A stretch of 64,000 nucleotides of DNA from a virus (IMGVR_UViG_3300006226_001702:75064-139063), one strand, 5' to 3'. Positions 10,572 to 21,619 are shown, counted from the first letter of the stretch. The notes: generated by a model from the letters alone, not told the origin. Made by a program: numbers and translations.

Positions 10572-10701
10572 TGATGAAGGCTACCAAGAATTGCAGGACT
10601 TACTAGAAGATTTAGAGTCCACCGACAAATACCAAACTCCAGACATTTTAGAAGTCATCCTCAAATATGTCAAAAGACTTCGAGACTTTATTAAGAAATA
10701 G
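10564..10701 (+). CDS. 45-aa hypothetical protein (not in track)
   Basis: MNNDEGYQELQDLLEDLEST...FIKK*; start overlaps the end of the previous gene. Confidence 0.55.
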   Translation: MNNDEGYQELQDLLEDLESTDKYQTPDILEVILKYVKRLRDFIKK

Positions 10702-10731
10702 CATACTAACTCATTTTGTTAACTAAATATT

Positions 10732-12207
10732 ATGAACACAGCTGTAATATGTTTCCCAGGTGGAAATGACTTCATAAAGCAAAAACAGATTAAGCAAATC
10801 TTAAAAGAAGAGAATGAACGAAAAGCTATCCTTTGTGAGGATTATGACCAACTCGATGAAGTTGTACAAATTCTAAGAGAAGATGGTATTAAAAATCTCG
10901 TTATCATACATGAAGAAGATGAGAATTTTCGTAATTCAGTTATGGAAGAATATGACACACTTTTTGAGAAAATAGAAGTAGTTAACGATTTTAGTAAAGA
11001 TAAACATAGTTTGAAAGATGTGCCTTACTATAGAGCACATTTATTAGAGGCAAATTGGGGTGATACATCGATGGCTGAAGATGCTGAAGGATGGAATGAA
11101 GATGGGACTCCAATTAATCAAATTGAAAAAATAAGACAAGATATTGATAGTGTGGGTGGAGTTGGTGTAGGAACAGCATTAATTACTCAGGTTAAAAATC
11201 AAATATTACCTATGCAACAAATGACTCAAGAACAAAAACTTGATTTAATTATTAGAGGGGTTTTTGATTTAGCTGTAAAAAATGGTTATTTTAATCAAGA
11301 TGATAAAGATAAATATGTAAAAAAAGATAATAATTCAATAACTAAAATTATTATACTTCCAGTAAACCCACCAATAGTTGGCACAAATGCAATACTTCCA
11401 CAAATTAAAAGTAAAATTGATAGTTTTGTAGATGAAAATACTAGAGTCATAGTTTGTACTAATAAAGAAGATGGCGCATGGTGCTCAAAGGTTGTTGAAT
11501 GTATAACTCTTTTATCAAATGGAGAAGGCCTTGGACAACAAATTAAAGATTTTGATTTAAATCCAGAAGGCGAAGAAATTGATTCAAAATATCCAATGGT
11601 TAGATCTGTTTTAGCTACAGCCCGTGATATTAAAATTTCTAAATCATTAAAATTAAAAGGATTATATGAAAGTAGAGATCCTACAAAGTATCAAGATTTT
11701 GGAATTGATACTGAAAAATATACAACAATTGGTTTAAAATCAATGAAATTATATTCCGAAATGCTTAAAGACAAAGGTTCTCTTTCATTAGATTTTGACA
11801 AAGAAAAGTTACAACAAGCACAAGAATGGCTTGGAAAAGAAGAAAATTCAAAACAGATTGGCTTCTTTAAAATGATATTTGATGATATTGAAACATTTTT
11901 AAGAGGTGATGGAAGTGATAGACCAAAAGGAAATAATGGTAAAAGTGTTTTAGATAATGCTCTTAATAAACTTGGAGTTTATAAAGATATTGCATCAGCT
12001 AAACAACAAGCTAATTTAGCTGGTGCTGGTTTACTTTGGTCAGCAGCAGGAGTTGTTAAAGATGCTGTTAAAAAAGGTCTTGAAAAGAATGATGAAAAGA
12101 AAAGGAAAAAATTTATAGAGCAGTATAAAGGAATTCTTCCATTCATAACACATGATAATTGGGAAGAATTTGCAGCTTGTTTTGACAAAGGGAGTGAATT
12201 CAAATAA
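10732..12207 (+). CDS. Hypothetical late/virion protein
   Basis: 491-aa ORF; ACTAAATA-TT-ATG start. Confidence 0.75.
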   Translation: MNTAVICFPGGNDFIKQKQIKQILKEENERKAILCEDYDQLDEVVQILREDGIKNLVIIHEEDENFRNSVMEEYDTLFEKIEVVNDFSKDKHSLKDVPYYRAHLLEANWGDTSMAEDAEGWNEDGTPINQIEKIRQDIDSVGGVGVGTALITQVKNQILPMQQMTQEQKLDLIIRGVFDLAVKNGYFNQDDKDKYVKKDNNSITKIIILPVNPPIVGTNAILPQIKSKIDSFVDENTRVIVCTNKEDGAWCSKVVECITLLSNGEGLGQQIKDFDLNPEGEEIDSKYPMVRSVLATARDIKISKSLKLKGLYESRDPTKYQDFGIDTEKYTTIGLKSMKLYSEMLKDKGSLSLDFDKEKLQQAQEWLGKEENSKQIGFFKMIFDDIETFLRGDGSDRPKGNNGKSVLDNALNKLGVYKDIASAKQQANLAGAGLLWSAAGVVKDAVKKGLEKNDEKKRKKFIEQYKGILPFITHDNWEEFAACFDKGSEFK

Positions 12208-12680
12208 TGAAATATTATCAAGATGATTATTTACAACGATTAACTGAATCTGAACCGTTTGGTGGTTGGAGAATTAGAGAAAATAAAGCTGAAAAAAATG
12301 AATTAGAAGAAATTAGAAAATATATAACTGATAGATCACATACTAAAAACAAAACAGGTTATTATGTTTGTATAACTAATGGTAAAGCAACTGATATATT
12401 TGAAATGAATTCCTCAAGTATATTTAGAATAAATGGTAGTAAAATTTTTGATGTTAAAGAATTAAGTTTTGGCTCACAAAAATTTGGGGGTTTAGTTTTT
12501 ATAAATGAAGCCGCTGCCAAATTTAAGCATAAACTAGATGAAGGTGACTTCAAAAAAGATAGAGCTATGACTACTTATGAAATTTCGGCATTTGATAAAA
12601 AAAATCTTGAAACTCCAGTTCTTGATAATATATTAGACCATTCAGTTGGAGAAATTAGTTGGTTAGGACCAACAAAATAA
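12207..12680 (+). CDS. Hypothetical protein
   Basis: 157-aa ORF coupled to the upstream gene (TAATG overlap). Confidence 0.7.
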   Translation: MKYYQDDYLQRLTESEPFGGWRIRENKAEKNELEEIRKYITDRSHTKNKTGYYVCITNGKATDIFEMNSSSIFRINGSKIFDVKELSFGSQKFGGLVFINEAAAKFKHKLDEGDFKKDRAMTTYEISAFDKKNLETPVLDNILDHSVGEISWLGPTK

Positions 12681-12692
12681 GGAAGAGGAAAG

Positions 12693-13919
12693 ATGTTTTT
12701 AAGCGCAAAAGAATACGATATAGAGGACTTTCTAAAGTCATTAAAGTTTATCCCACCAAAGGGAACCTCAGTTCAATATTTCATTTCACCAAAATCAATG
12801 GGTGATGTACCAGAACAAGCTGGGTTTGAACCACAAGTTAAAGACGTTCCTCCTGATGAATCAGTCACATATGTTATGACTCCTCCAATTCAAAAGGTTG
12901 ATCAAGCTGTTTCACCAGCTGAATATAGCTCATGGACCCCAGGCGAATTAAGCAGGCGTCAACCAACACCTAACATCTTACCAAAAGTTACTGAACCTGA
13001 AGATTTAGATTGTCCATTCGTACAAGTACTTTCTGAATCAAAAGTGTTTGGAACTGATGTTAAACTTTTAGAGGATTTTGGTCCATTCTATAAAAACACC
13101 GTTTTTCATTGTGTACCGGGAAAATTAAATGAAAGAGGCCTTTTAGATACATTTGTTAACATTGGCCAAAACATTCCACTTCCTGATGGTGACTTAAAAG
13201 ATAGTAGAGACAGAAGTGTTAGAAGATATTGGCTAAAACATTACCCTGATGAAGCAGGTGCTTTTTATGAAAAAGAAGATTTAAGAAGACGAGATGAATA
13301 TGAAGCAGCTAATCCAAGTGCAAAGAAAAAACGATTACAAAAAGAAGCAATAGAAGCTGAAAAAGAAAAATATGGTGGATATAAGGGCTTAAAAAGTCCA
13401 GAAGTTTGGAAAAGATACTTTGATGAAGTAGCGCCTAATAATGAAGAGTTTATGTCTCATTTTGAAGGCCCAGTTGATATGAAAAGAAAAGTTTTAGCCC
13501 GTATGAATTGTGGCAGCACAATTACAAATACTTGTCAAAAACAATTAGCAACAAATAGAATGCTAAGTAGACATAGTGAAAAACCTGTAAGGAGACCAAA
13601 ATTGGCAAATGCAATAAGCAAAAAAGATAGTGAATTATTTGAAAGTATCTATCATTTAGGAAATACAATGAACTTAAAAGAAGGCTCAGTTGGAAAAGTT
13701 TTTAAGCATCGTGGTGCTGGAATGTATGAACCAACTGAAGAAGGCATCGTTAAGTTTGTATATGACAGAGGACATCTTGGAGAAAATGGAATTGACCAAT
13801 CAATTAAGTCATTTGCATTAGCTCATGATATGACAAAAAGAGAAGCCATCACTTTATATAACGATGGCATGAAAGCTATGCGAGCTAGAAACAAAGCTAG
13901 AGCGGAAGCAAACATATAG
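12693..13919 (+). CDS. Hypothetical protein with Pro-rich N-terminus
   Basis: 408-aa ORF; SD-like GGAAGAGG. Confidence 0.7.
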   Translation: MFLSAKEYDIEDFLKSLKFIPPKGTSVQYFISPKSMGDVPEQAGFEPQVKDVPPDESVTYVMTPPIQKVDQAVSPAEYSSWTPGELSRRQPTPNILPKVTEPEDLDCPFVQVLSESKVFGTDVKLLEDFGPFYKNTVFHCVPGKLNERGLLDTFVNIGQNIPLPDGDLKDSRDRSVRRYWLKHYPDEAGAFYEKEDLRRRDEYEAANPSAKKKRLQKEAIEAEKEKYGGYKGLKSPEVWKRYFDEVAPNNEEFMSHFEGPVDMKRKVLARMNCGSTITNTCQKQLATNRMLSRHSEKPVRRPKLANAISKKDSELFESIYHLGNTMNLKEGSVGKVFKHRGAGMYEPTEEGIVKFVYDRGHLGENGIDQSIKSFALAHDMTKREAITLYNDGMKAMRARNKARAEANI

Positions 13920-13965
13920 TTAGTTCATTTACTAAATTATTATAAGAAATTAAGGAGACTAATAA

Positions 13966-16680
13966 ATGGCATTTAGTAGCAGAAAATCATGGCGATTGAG
14001 ATTTATTGATATAGACAGCTCATTTACATTAATACCAAGTGAAGACCCACTTAATGGGTATATCGTAGCAAGAGCACCAAAAGGTCAAACGAGACCACAA
14101 TATTTCCCAAGAAATAGCCCACAAGCAATTGATGCTCTTTGCGGTGTAGCATCAGCACATTGGCCTGATCTAATAGAAGCAAAAGCATTTAACGAAGAAT
14201 ACCCAATATATATCTCATCACCATCAGGAACAAGTGAAGCTTATCCTTCATACATTGGTGGTTTTTATGTTACAAAGCATGGTATATATAAGTTCTATAA
14301 CGTATCAGACAAGTACGAACTTGAAGATGGTGTTGGTAATGCATTCAAGGTTGTTGTTGAACCAGGTAGAGAACATATGTTCAGTAGAGATTTTGCTGAA
14401 CGAAGGTCACAAATAATCATACAAGGCCCAGAACTTGATGACTGGATTCCAGGTGAAGACGTTCCAGGTTTTGGTATATTTGAATTTAGAAAAGATGAAA
14501 ATGCTGCCTTAATGATAACTAAAGATCGAAGACTAAATGTTACTGAAATAGATTATGATAGAATGGTAAGAGGTATTGTAGCACCAGTAGGCACAACTAA
14601 AACTTATTGGGGTGATAATGACCAAGACCTTTGGGTGTTTGATGGCCAAACAGCTATTATGCCTGATTTTGGTATTAAATATCGAACTGATGATATTAGA
14701 GCTCCTCTTAAAGATTGGATTGGCGAAGACAACTGGGAAGTTCTCTTTGGTGGTGAAGAACCAAACTTAGAAGGCTTCTGTCGCTTACTAGCTAATGGCT
14801 GGTGGGCAGATGATGATGACAACGTAATCTATCTTCCATTCGCACTTCAAGATATTATCACATTCCTCGTTTCAATTCGAGGTGATACATATGCTTATTT
14901 CAATCAGAAAGGCGCAACTGAAAAAGTTACTAACATCAAAATTGGTGATATTGGTTATGACAAATATCGCTATGACGCAATTTGGCCTTATGCTGCTTAT
15001 GATACTAGAGAGTATGATGATACTGGTAAGATTAGGATTGAACTCCCACCTGGTTTAGTGGCAGAAGAACTTGTAGAGATTTTTGCTGAAATGGCAAATC
15101 ATGACTATGTAGTTTTCTATGACCCAGAAAGACCAGATAGAGTTCGTTTCATTGGTCAGTACACAGAAGCTGAAGATGTTGGTGATCCTCCATACTACAA
15201 AGATGTTACAGCCAATTATATCACACGCATATTCACTTGTCAAGACCCAGTTTATGGCCCAGAAAATGACAACTTATATCACAGAATCTTCTTAATTGAA
15301 GGTCTTAATCAGATTAAACACCTCTTAACTGAGGAAGAAAATATTGCACTTTATGGAATTGACCAAGGACCAAATGCTTACATTAAGGGCATGGCAACAA
15401 GTGATAGTGCACCAAAGAACAACATGTTCAACAACATAACTTTAGCTTGTGCTGAAGAAGTGTATGCTGGTAGAGTTACATCAGGTGGTGAGTTTACTGG
15501 CTCACTTGATGAAATGGGTAGAGATACTTTTGGCACACCAAACTACTGGCCTGAAATTCTCCAAGATGATGACATGTCATTCCTTGAAGTTAGAGTCCTT
15601 AAGAAGTTCGGTGATGACCCAGAAGATTTAGATGAAACTGGCTTCTGGACACACAAGCGAATTGTTGACCCATTTGATATGGACAGAGATGGAAACTATC
15701 TCACTGAAAGAAACTTCACTATTGAAGGTGACCGCTATGCAACACTTGTGTCTACAATGAATGTGCTTGAACAAAAAACTGGTGGTATTTGGAGAGATGA
15801 ATGGATTAACATCATAAGAGAAGGTTTGCAGGAAGCAACTAACACTGAATATGATGATGCATACATCTTTATGGAGCCAACTGGGCAAGAAGTATTCAAA
15901 ACAGATTTAGCAAATATCAATAGAAATCATGAGTTTGCAACCGTTATATCACCTAAGCTTTTACAAGCAAACAACAGAGGCGTTTTCACAGCACAACTTG
16001 CTGATAGAGTTGTAGTTAATGGAAGAATTTCCACACGCTCAAATGCACAGTTTGCTGGAGAATTTGAAGTGTATGACCACATCACTTACAAGAAATATTG
16101 GAGACTTCCAATTGGTGATGTTGCTTGTAACTTAGCTAGAATCATCGAGAAGAAATATGGTGGTTGGGGCCCAATGTGGTACAACATTGCTGGTGACCTT
16201 GGTGGACAACTTAAGGGTACTGTTCTTAGAGCTAAATACTCATTTGAAGACGAAGCTACTAGAATTCTTGATAAGAAAGGTATCAACCCAATTTCATACA
16301 CATCAGATGATGGTTTAATGATTCTCTCACAGAAAACTACACAGGATCCAAACTTTACATCAGACTGGTCATACTTAGGACACAGTATGTCATTCGACCT
16401 CGTAAAACGTGAGATTAGAGATAATGTCATGAGGTCACAAATTGGTAAACCAATCAATGACTACTGGATGGGATTAAGAACTGGTCAAGTTGAAAACATA
16501 CTTGCTAAGAGAACATCAGGAAGCTCACCAATTTGGGCATGGGCAACTTGTGATATCGAAGGACAAAATACTGCCCTAACTAAGGCACAACGTAACTTCG
16601 TTATTAAGGTTGATTTAAGAGTGTACGTATTCTCAGAGACAGTTACACTAATCTTAGAAAATCACGCTCAGGGCGATTAA
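13966..16680 (+). CDS. Contractile tail sheath protein
   Basis: C-terminal sheath signature PIGDVA...LDKKGINPI...GLMILSQKT...LGHSMSFDLVKR...QNT......RNFVIKVDLR; SD AAGGAG. Confidence 0.8.
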   Translation: MAFSSRKSWRLRFIDIDSSFTLIPSEDPLNGYIVARAPKGQTRPQYFPRNSPQAIDALCGVASAHWPDLIEAKAFNEEYPIYISSPSGTSEAYPSYIGGFYVTKHGIYKFYNVSDKYELEDGVGNAFKVVVEPGREHMFSRDFAERRSQIIIQGPELDDWIPGEDVPGFGIFEFRKDENAALMITKDRRLNVTEIDYDRMVRGIVAPVGTTKTYWGDNDQDLWVFDGQTAIMPDFGIKYRTDDIRAPLKDWIGEDNWEVLFGGEEPNLEGFCRLLANGWWADDDDNVIYLPFALQDIITFLVSIRGDTYAYFNQKGATEKVTNIKIGDIGYDKYRYDAIWPYAAYDTREYDDTGKIRIELPPGLVAEELVEIFAEMANHDYVVFYDPERPDRVRFIGQYTEAEDVGDPPYYKDVTANYITRIFTCQDPVYGPENDNLYHRIFLIEGLNQIKHLLTEEENIALYGIDQGPNAYIKGMATSDSAPKNNMFNNITLACAEEVYAGRVTSGGEFTGSLDEMGRDTFGTPNYWPEILQDDDMSFLEVRVLKKFGDDPEDLDETGFWTHKRIVDPFDMDRDGNYLTERNFTIEGDRYATLVSTMNVLEQKTGGIWRDEWINIIREGLQEATNTEYDDAYIFMEPTGQEVFKTDLANINRNHEFATVISPKLLQANNRGVFTAQLADRVVVNGRISTRSNAQFAGEFEVYDHITYKKYWRLPIGDVACNLARIIEKKYGGWGPMWYNIAGDLGGQLKGTVLRAKYSFEDEATRILDKKGINPISYTSDDGLMILSQKTTQDPNFTSDWSYLGHSMSFDLVKREIRDNVMRSQIGKPINDYWMGLRTGQVENILAKRTSGSSPIWAWATCDIEGQNTALTKAQRNFVIKVDLRVYVFSETVTLILENHAQGD

Positions 16681-16686
16681 AATTAT

Positions 16687-16717
16687 ATGGGAACCTACTA
16701 AAGGTTCCCATTTTTTT
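16687..16717 (+). terminator. Intrinsic terminator after the sheath gene
   Basis: Perfect 10-bp stem ATGGGAACCT/AGGTTCCCAT, 5-nt loop, T-tract. Confidence 0.85.
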
Positions 16718-16746
16718 GGACTAAATTATTAAAGGATTAAAATTAA

Positions 16747-17493
16747 ATGGAAGTTATTGGCATAATGCTTGAATCTGTACAAGGTACTGTTCTCCTCTTT
16801 ATGATATTTTTCGCAATCATAGCTTTTCTTGCTTTTCTTTTCATAAAAATATTGCCAAACATTGGTCATATTGGAAAGAGTGGCATTAAGTTCAATGGCG
16901 GAAAGAGTAGTAATGTCTCCATACCTCTACTTGTTAGAATTATTGGTGATGAATATGAGAAATACTTACTATCAAAAGAAGAAGTACATACACAGATAAA
17001 TCAACAAATTAAGAATGTACAACAAACTGCACTAACTCGAGCTATTGAATATCTTTGTTTAGAATTTAGCAATCTTTATATTGACACACCTGAAGATAGC
17101 CTAAGTAAAATGGGAAAAATATTGGAGCTTTATTTACATAAAGACTTCAGTAAGATTTTATTACATCAATTGGATATGTTATACACTTCAGCAACATTTA
17201 TGAATAAAACAGATTTAGAAATAAATAATGAGATTCAATCAATTACTGATGATAGCATAAGAGCAATGAAGCTCAAAATAAATGAATACATATTATTTTC
17301 TGACACAAAATTATTGCACAAATTATTTGATACTGCTACTAGCAAGATAAAAGAATCAATAGATGAAGCAATTAAAAACTTCATTAAATTGTCAAAAGAA
17401 CAGCAGCTTAGAATAATTGAACTAACAAAAGTTAAAACGGAGTCAATTGAAAAGAAGTTAAAAGAACTAACCAATGAACCGGAGAAAGCGTAG
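16747..17493 (+). CDS. Single-pass membrane protein with helical/coiled-coil C-terminus
   Basis: One N-terminal hydrophobic helix; ACTAAATT motif at 16720-16727. Confidence 0.7.
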   Translation: MEVIGIMLESVQGTVLLFMIFFAIIAFLAFLFIKILPNIGHIGKSGIKFNGGKSSNVSIPLLVRIIGDEYEKYLLSKEEVHTQINQQIKNVQQTALTRAIEYLCLEFSNLYIDTPEDSLSKMGKILELYLHKDFSKILLHQLDMLYTSATFMNKTDLEINNEIQSITDDSIRAMKLKINEYILFSDTKLLHKLFDTATSKIKESIDEAIKNFIKLSKEQQLRIIELTKVKTESIEKKLKELTNEPEKA

Positions 17494-17495
17494 AT

Positions 17496-18227
17496 ATGGT
17501 ATTTTTTAATTCAGTCTTGATAATGATACTAATGGGATTTTTAATCTTTTTAATTGGTTACATTATTAGACTAGTGATTCAGAATAAATGGACCCCAATT
17601 AACTTTGCATGGCTTTTATCATCAAAAGTTACTCTGTTAATTATGCTATATTTTATGTTTAGATATCATAGCATTAGTTTTCTTCAAAATGTAACTTATA
17701 GAGATTTTCAATATCTGTTAATTCTTGGGATTATGAATGCTGGACTTTTAGAGAATTTATTTTTTACTAAAATGTATAATTTATTTTATAACATAACTTT
17801 TAAGAAAGTCTTTGTCTTTGTTTCTATCGTTAGCATTTTTATAGTTATATTTTATACATCACATCTATTGACACAAAATCCAGAAGGTTTAGCTTTATTA
17901 AGTGATTCAAAACTTCCTGGGTATATTTGTCTATTTTTAGTTGATGGTTATAGAATAGATTATTCATATGTTTTAGTACCATTGGTAAATACTTTGATGT
18001 TAGCCTCATTATTATTTAACGTTAAAGAGCTTAACAAATTAAATGTTTGGACTAAACTTTTATTATTATTATGTGTCTTAAAATATATCACATTTTATAT
18101 CTTTATTCCAAATCCACCAAATAGTGAAATGATAGTTACTATGTTACTATTATTGAATATTTTATCTAATATTTGTTTTATAAAATATTTAATCATAAAT
18201 AGAGGAAGACAATATGATAGTGACTAG
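17496..18227 (+). CDS. Polytopic membrane protein (~7 TM)
   Basis: About seven hydrophobic segments by eye. Confidence 0.65.
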   Translation: MVFFNSVLIMILMGFLIFLIGYIIRLVIQNKWTPINFAWLLSSKVTLLIMLYFMFRYHSISFLQNVTYRDFQYLLILGIMNAGLLENLFFTKMYNLFYNITFKKVFVFVSIVSIFIVIFYTSHLLTQNPEGLALLSDSKLPGYICLFLVDGYRIDYSYVLVPLVNTLMLASLLFNVKELNKLNVWTKLLLLLCVLKYITFYIFIPNPPNSEMIVTMLLLLNILSNICFIKYLIINRGRQYDSD

Positions 18228-19131
18228 TATATTCGTTATATTTTTTGCATTTACTGTGTTATTCAGTTTACGACAACTAATAGTTCTTTCAAAAAATTAT
18301 CTAATTGCTGGGGCAGATGAAAGAGCCCCATATATAGTAGCCGGATATTTAATAACGATAATAATAAATTGTTTTCTCATATATTGTTTGATAGATAATC
18401 ATATCACAACAATGTTCTCTTTTTATATCTATTTTCTCTATATAATTATAATATCAATGTCAACAATGACTAGATTACTTGGATTTAAGATAAACAGAAA
18501 ATACAATTCATTACAGATTATTCAAAGTGTATATGCATTCTTATTTGTGGCTATCATTTTAATGAACAGTATAAACTTAGAATATTTTAACATAGAATTA
18601 AATAATGGAAACTTTTTCAGTTTTATGTCAATATTTTGTAGTTCAATATTATTGAATCAAACTAACGTTAAAATGATAGTTGTTGTAGTTTTTTTATTAG
18701 CATCATGTGTCTTTAATATCATATTTGATTTACTAACTCATCAATCTAAGAAACATTTAATCATCAATATTATAAACTTCTATCCAGTGTTTTTCATTAT
18801 TTATTTCTTAAATGCCAGCCCAGATAGCCACTTAGTTTTAAGCTTTATTCTTTGTCTCGTTTATTTCATTATACCAAACTTAGAATTGAATAAAGAATTC
18901 GTATCAATTTCAAATAGATGTTTTGGATTAGATAGTCGAATTGAATCAATTCATAACATACTTAAAACTTTCAAAGAGGATGAGGAAATCTCTTCTAAAC
19001 AGTCTTTCCAATTAAAGCTTATCAAAAAGCTCTTTAATGAAGACCCAACTATTAAGAAGATATGTTTTTCTAAGTTTTTCAATAAAAAGAAACAGAAATA
19101 TTTTAACAAACTTTTAGATGAATGTTGTTAA
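18214..19131 (+). CDS. Polytopic membrane protein (~8 TM) with soluble C-terminal tail
   Basis: About eight hydrophobic segments then a charged ~70-aa tail. Confidence 0.65.
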   Translation: MIVTSIFVIFFAFTVLFSLRQLIVLSKNYLIAGADERAPYIVAGYLITIIINCFLIYCLIDNHITTMFSFYIYFLYIIIISMSTMTRLLGFKINRKYNSLQIIQSVYAFLFVAIILMNSINLEYFNIELNNGNFFSFMSIFCSSILLNQTNVKMIVVVVFLLASCVFNIIFDLLTHQSKKHLIINIINFYPVFFIIYFLNASPDSHLVLSFILCLVYFIIPNLELNKEFVSISNRCFGLDSRIESIHNILKTFKEDEEISSKQSFQLKLIKKLFNEDPTIKKICFSKFFNKKKQKYFNKLLDECC

Positions 19132-19135
19132 TATA
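19127..19135 (+). promoter_or_regulatory. Class II motif GTTAATATA, 5 nt before ATG 19141
   Basis: TGT-TAATAT-ATACTC-ATG, i.e. an extended -10-like box with the ATG at +1. Confidence 0.65.
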
Positions 19136-19140
19136 TACTC

Positions 19141-19470
19141 ATGAAACAGAACCCATTAGAAGATATCCAAAAAATTCGCTTAAATGAAGAAGAATATAAG
19201 TTTTGCGGTAAACTTGCCAAAAAAATAGAACGATATAATTCCTCATTGGAAGAAGATAGACAAAAAGTTTTAGCATATCTTGAAAAAGAATGCAAATCAA
19301 AAAAGTACACTGTCTCATATCATAAAATTGATACTGAAGACGAGTTTATCGTTTATCAATTCAACTTGAACAACAAGCCCTGTTATGTCTCATTTGAGAA
19401 AAATGGCAAAAGTAGTCCAAATCTAATACCTTCTGGTGTAGTGCAATTGGGGAATCCAAATAGCAACTAA
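19141..19470 (+). CDS. Hypothetical protein
   Basis: 109-aa ORF with class II motif. Confidence 0.7.
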   Translation: MKQNPLEDIQKIRLNEEEYKFCGKLAKKIERYNSSLEEDRQKVLAYLEKECKSKKYTVSYHKIDTEDEFIVYQFNLNNKPCYVSFEKNGKSSPNLIPSGVVQLGNPNSN

Positions 19471-19475
19471 TTACT

Positions 19476-20813
19476 ATGCAATATTGCACTAGTGTTATTA
19501 CGTTAAATGAAGTCTATGAAATACCAATCGACGCAATAAAGAAATGGCATATAGCTAATCATCTTGATGATGGTTTGCCTTATGGTTATGTTGACTTTCA
19601 AGATAGAACTGGTGACTTATTTGCTGCGTTTGAACATTTTCAAGTTGGCGCATCAGTTGATATCACTGTAGTCAATTTAGCCAATATGCAAAAACGTGTG
19701 TTCCCAACTTATAGAGTCCTCAAAATAGAAAATGACTTTGCTATTGACACATCATGGATGGCTGGTGTTGTTCGCATTTGGTATGGGCATCCTTGGTTTC
19801 TCTATAAGGACATGACTAATCATGCTTACAAGCCAAAGAATATTGGCGAGCAGATTAAAGATATCCTCAAAGATGAAACGAGAGGAATTAAGTTCAATGA
19901 TGAAAGACCCGCTCCTCCACCAAATAATGACTTTCCACAGTTATACACTGATGACATGGATAAGAACTTTGATAGAACTGATGACACTGGAAAGTTTACT
20001 CGTTACAAAATAGCTGAATCAGACTGGGACTTTATTAAGAATAAGCTTTTGCCATACACTGCTATTGGTCAGTTACCTGCTCACTTTTATACAGATGACT
20101 CAAATGATATGTTCTATTTGAAATCATTCAGAAATCTATATAAGCAAAAGCCAAAAATTGTTTTCCACCAAAAGGAAGAAGTACTTCAAGAGGAAAACAA
20201 CTTGAAGAGATTACAGGACAATATCCGTAACAATAACATTGACTTAAACACTGGACATTTCATTATACAATCTGCCAATATGGTAATCAATGACTTTAAT
20301 TTGATTAAAGAGATCTACCCGTCATTTTATATTGAAAACTTAGAGATGACTACATTCTTAAAAGGTAGTAAACGATTAGCCAACAAATTACGACCAAGGT
20401 CAGGCGTTTCATTTGGTAATGTGCTTCCAATAGATGCAGTACTTGCCTCTTCAATAAATGGCACTGATGCTAAGCTTATTCATAATCGGCAGCTAATCGA
20501 TGGTTTATTCTTGCTCTTTCAAACTTCAAAAGAGTTAGACAAGATGTTCTCATTAAATGTTGTGACTTATTTCAATGGACATGTCATTACAGTTGGCAAC
20601 ACAGCTGAAATCTTTTTAGCTCCAGTTGAAATGCCAAATGGAAAGAAAACACACTGGATGAATGGAAAGTGGCTCATAACTGGAGTGGAACATTTTATGG
20701 CTGATAATAACCCAAGGTTGATATTCACTAATACAACTATTATCCGTCCATCATTTATTGGTACTGACACTAAAACATCATTACAATCATTGCCGCTACT
20801 TTATGAGAACTAG
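19476..20813 (+). CDS. Baseplate hub-like protein (gp27/gpD-like)
   Basis: C-terminal GKWLITGVEH strand typical of hub proteins; position before a spike-like gene; ACTAATTA-CT-ATG start. Confidence 0.5.
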   Translation: MQYCTSVITLNEVYEIPIDAIKKWHIANHLDDGLPYGYVDFQDRTGDLFAAFEHFQVGASVDITVVNLANMQKRVFPTYRVLKIENDFAIDTSWMAGVVRIWYGHPWFLYKDMTNHAYKPKNIGEQIKDILKDETRGIKFNDERPAPPPNNDFPQLYTDDMDKNFDRTDDTGKFTRYKIAESDWDFIKNKLLPYTAIGQLPAHFYTDDSNDMFYLKSFRNLYKQKPKIVFHQKEEVLQEENNLKRLQDNIRNNNIDLNTGHFIIQSANMVINDFNLIKEIYPSFYIENLEMTTFLKGSKRLANKLRPRSGVSFGNVLPIDAVLASSINGTDAKLIHNRQLIDGLFLLFQTSKELDKMFSLNVVTYFNGHVITVGNTAEIFLAPVEMPNGKKTHWMNGKWLITGVEHFMADNNPRLIFTNTTIIRPSFIGTDTKTSLQSLPLLYEN

Positions 20814-20821
20814 GAGATATT

Positions 20822-21619
20822 ATGGACGATAAACAATCACTCTTTCAAGAGTTTATGAATAACCCATTAGATATGGATAAACGAAAACAAGCTGCTTTTT
20901 CAGATGAGTTAGTTGTTCGTAAAGCCAAAATCTACAAAGTGTTAGGCCCAAATGATGATAGACTTCAAGTTCAAGTTCTTCCTGAATTACAGAGCATTCC
21001 AGATAATGAGATGGATGATTTACCAAAATATCCACCATTCATTAAGGGTCATGTAGTTACTGGAAAATCTCACGTTAAATATGGAAAAGAAGCAGAGTTC
21101 GTTTGGGTGTTTTGTACAGCTGACTTACAAGTTGGCTACATATTGGGCAAGGCTAACCGTTTTGAAAAGAGCACTCAACGTTTTAATGATAGCTATTCAT
21201 ACAGAGATATCAAATCATTCATATCAGCTCGTAGAGCTCTTCCAAGTGACTTTGACTACGAGCATTTAGATGTAGTTCATTGGGTTAGCACTGACAAAGG
21301 TGGTATGATTCAATGTTACAACTATCTCACTGGAGACTGGGTGCTTCTAAACACATCAGGAGCTATCTTAACAGTTCAACAGAAAATGATCTATCTCAGA
21401 GTTGGTACGCCGCCATTCCCACCAAAGCTTGGGCCTGTTGCATTTAGCGCAATCACACTAACACCTGACAAGATTCATTTCAAAGCACCTAACATTGAGT
21501 TCGATGCTATTGACTTAATCTTAGCTCATAATGGGTTTAGCGCAACTGGCATATTGGGACAAGTTCCTTCAGCTGATAATGGCGTACCTGTAATTCCCGT
21601 GCGAAACGTTCATATCTAG
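20822..21619 (+). CDS. Baseplate spike / gp5-gpV OB-fold-like protein
   Basis: RKAKIYKVLGPNDDRLQVQVLPEL resembles the gp5/gpV OB-fold start; beta-strand-rich C-terminus; SD AGGAG. Confidence 0.5.
   Translation: MDDKQSLFQEFMNNPLDMDKRKQAAFSDELVVRKAKIYKVLGPNDDRLQVQVLPELQSIPDNEMDDLPKYPPFIKGHVVTGKSHVKYGKEAEFVWVFCTADLQVGYILGKANRFEKSTQRFNDSYSYRDIKSFISARRALPSDFDYEHLDVVHWVSTDKGGMIQCYNYLTGDWVLLNTSGAILTVQQKMIYLRVGTPPFPPKLGPVAFSAITLTPDKIHFKAPNIEFDAIDLILAHNGFSATGILGQVPSADNGVPVIPVRNVHI

Noticed and set aside
13823-13924. Antisense ACTAACTA motif followed by a 30-aa hydrophobic ORF
   Set aside because: 1-nt spacer is atypical, it lies inside the 3' end of a real gene, and the hydrophobicity is explained as antisense of K/E/R/A codons
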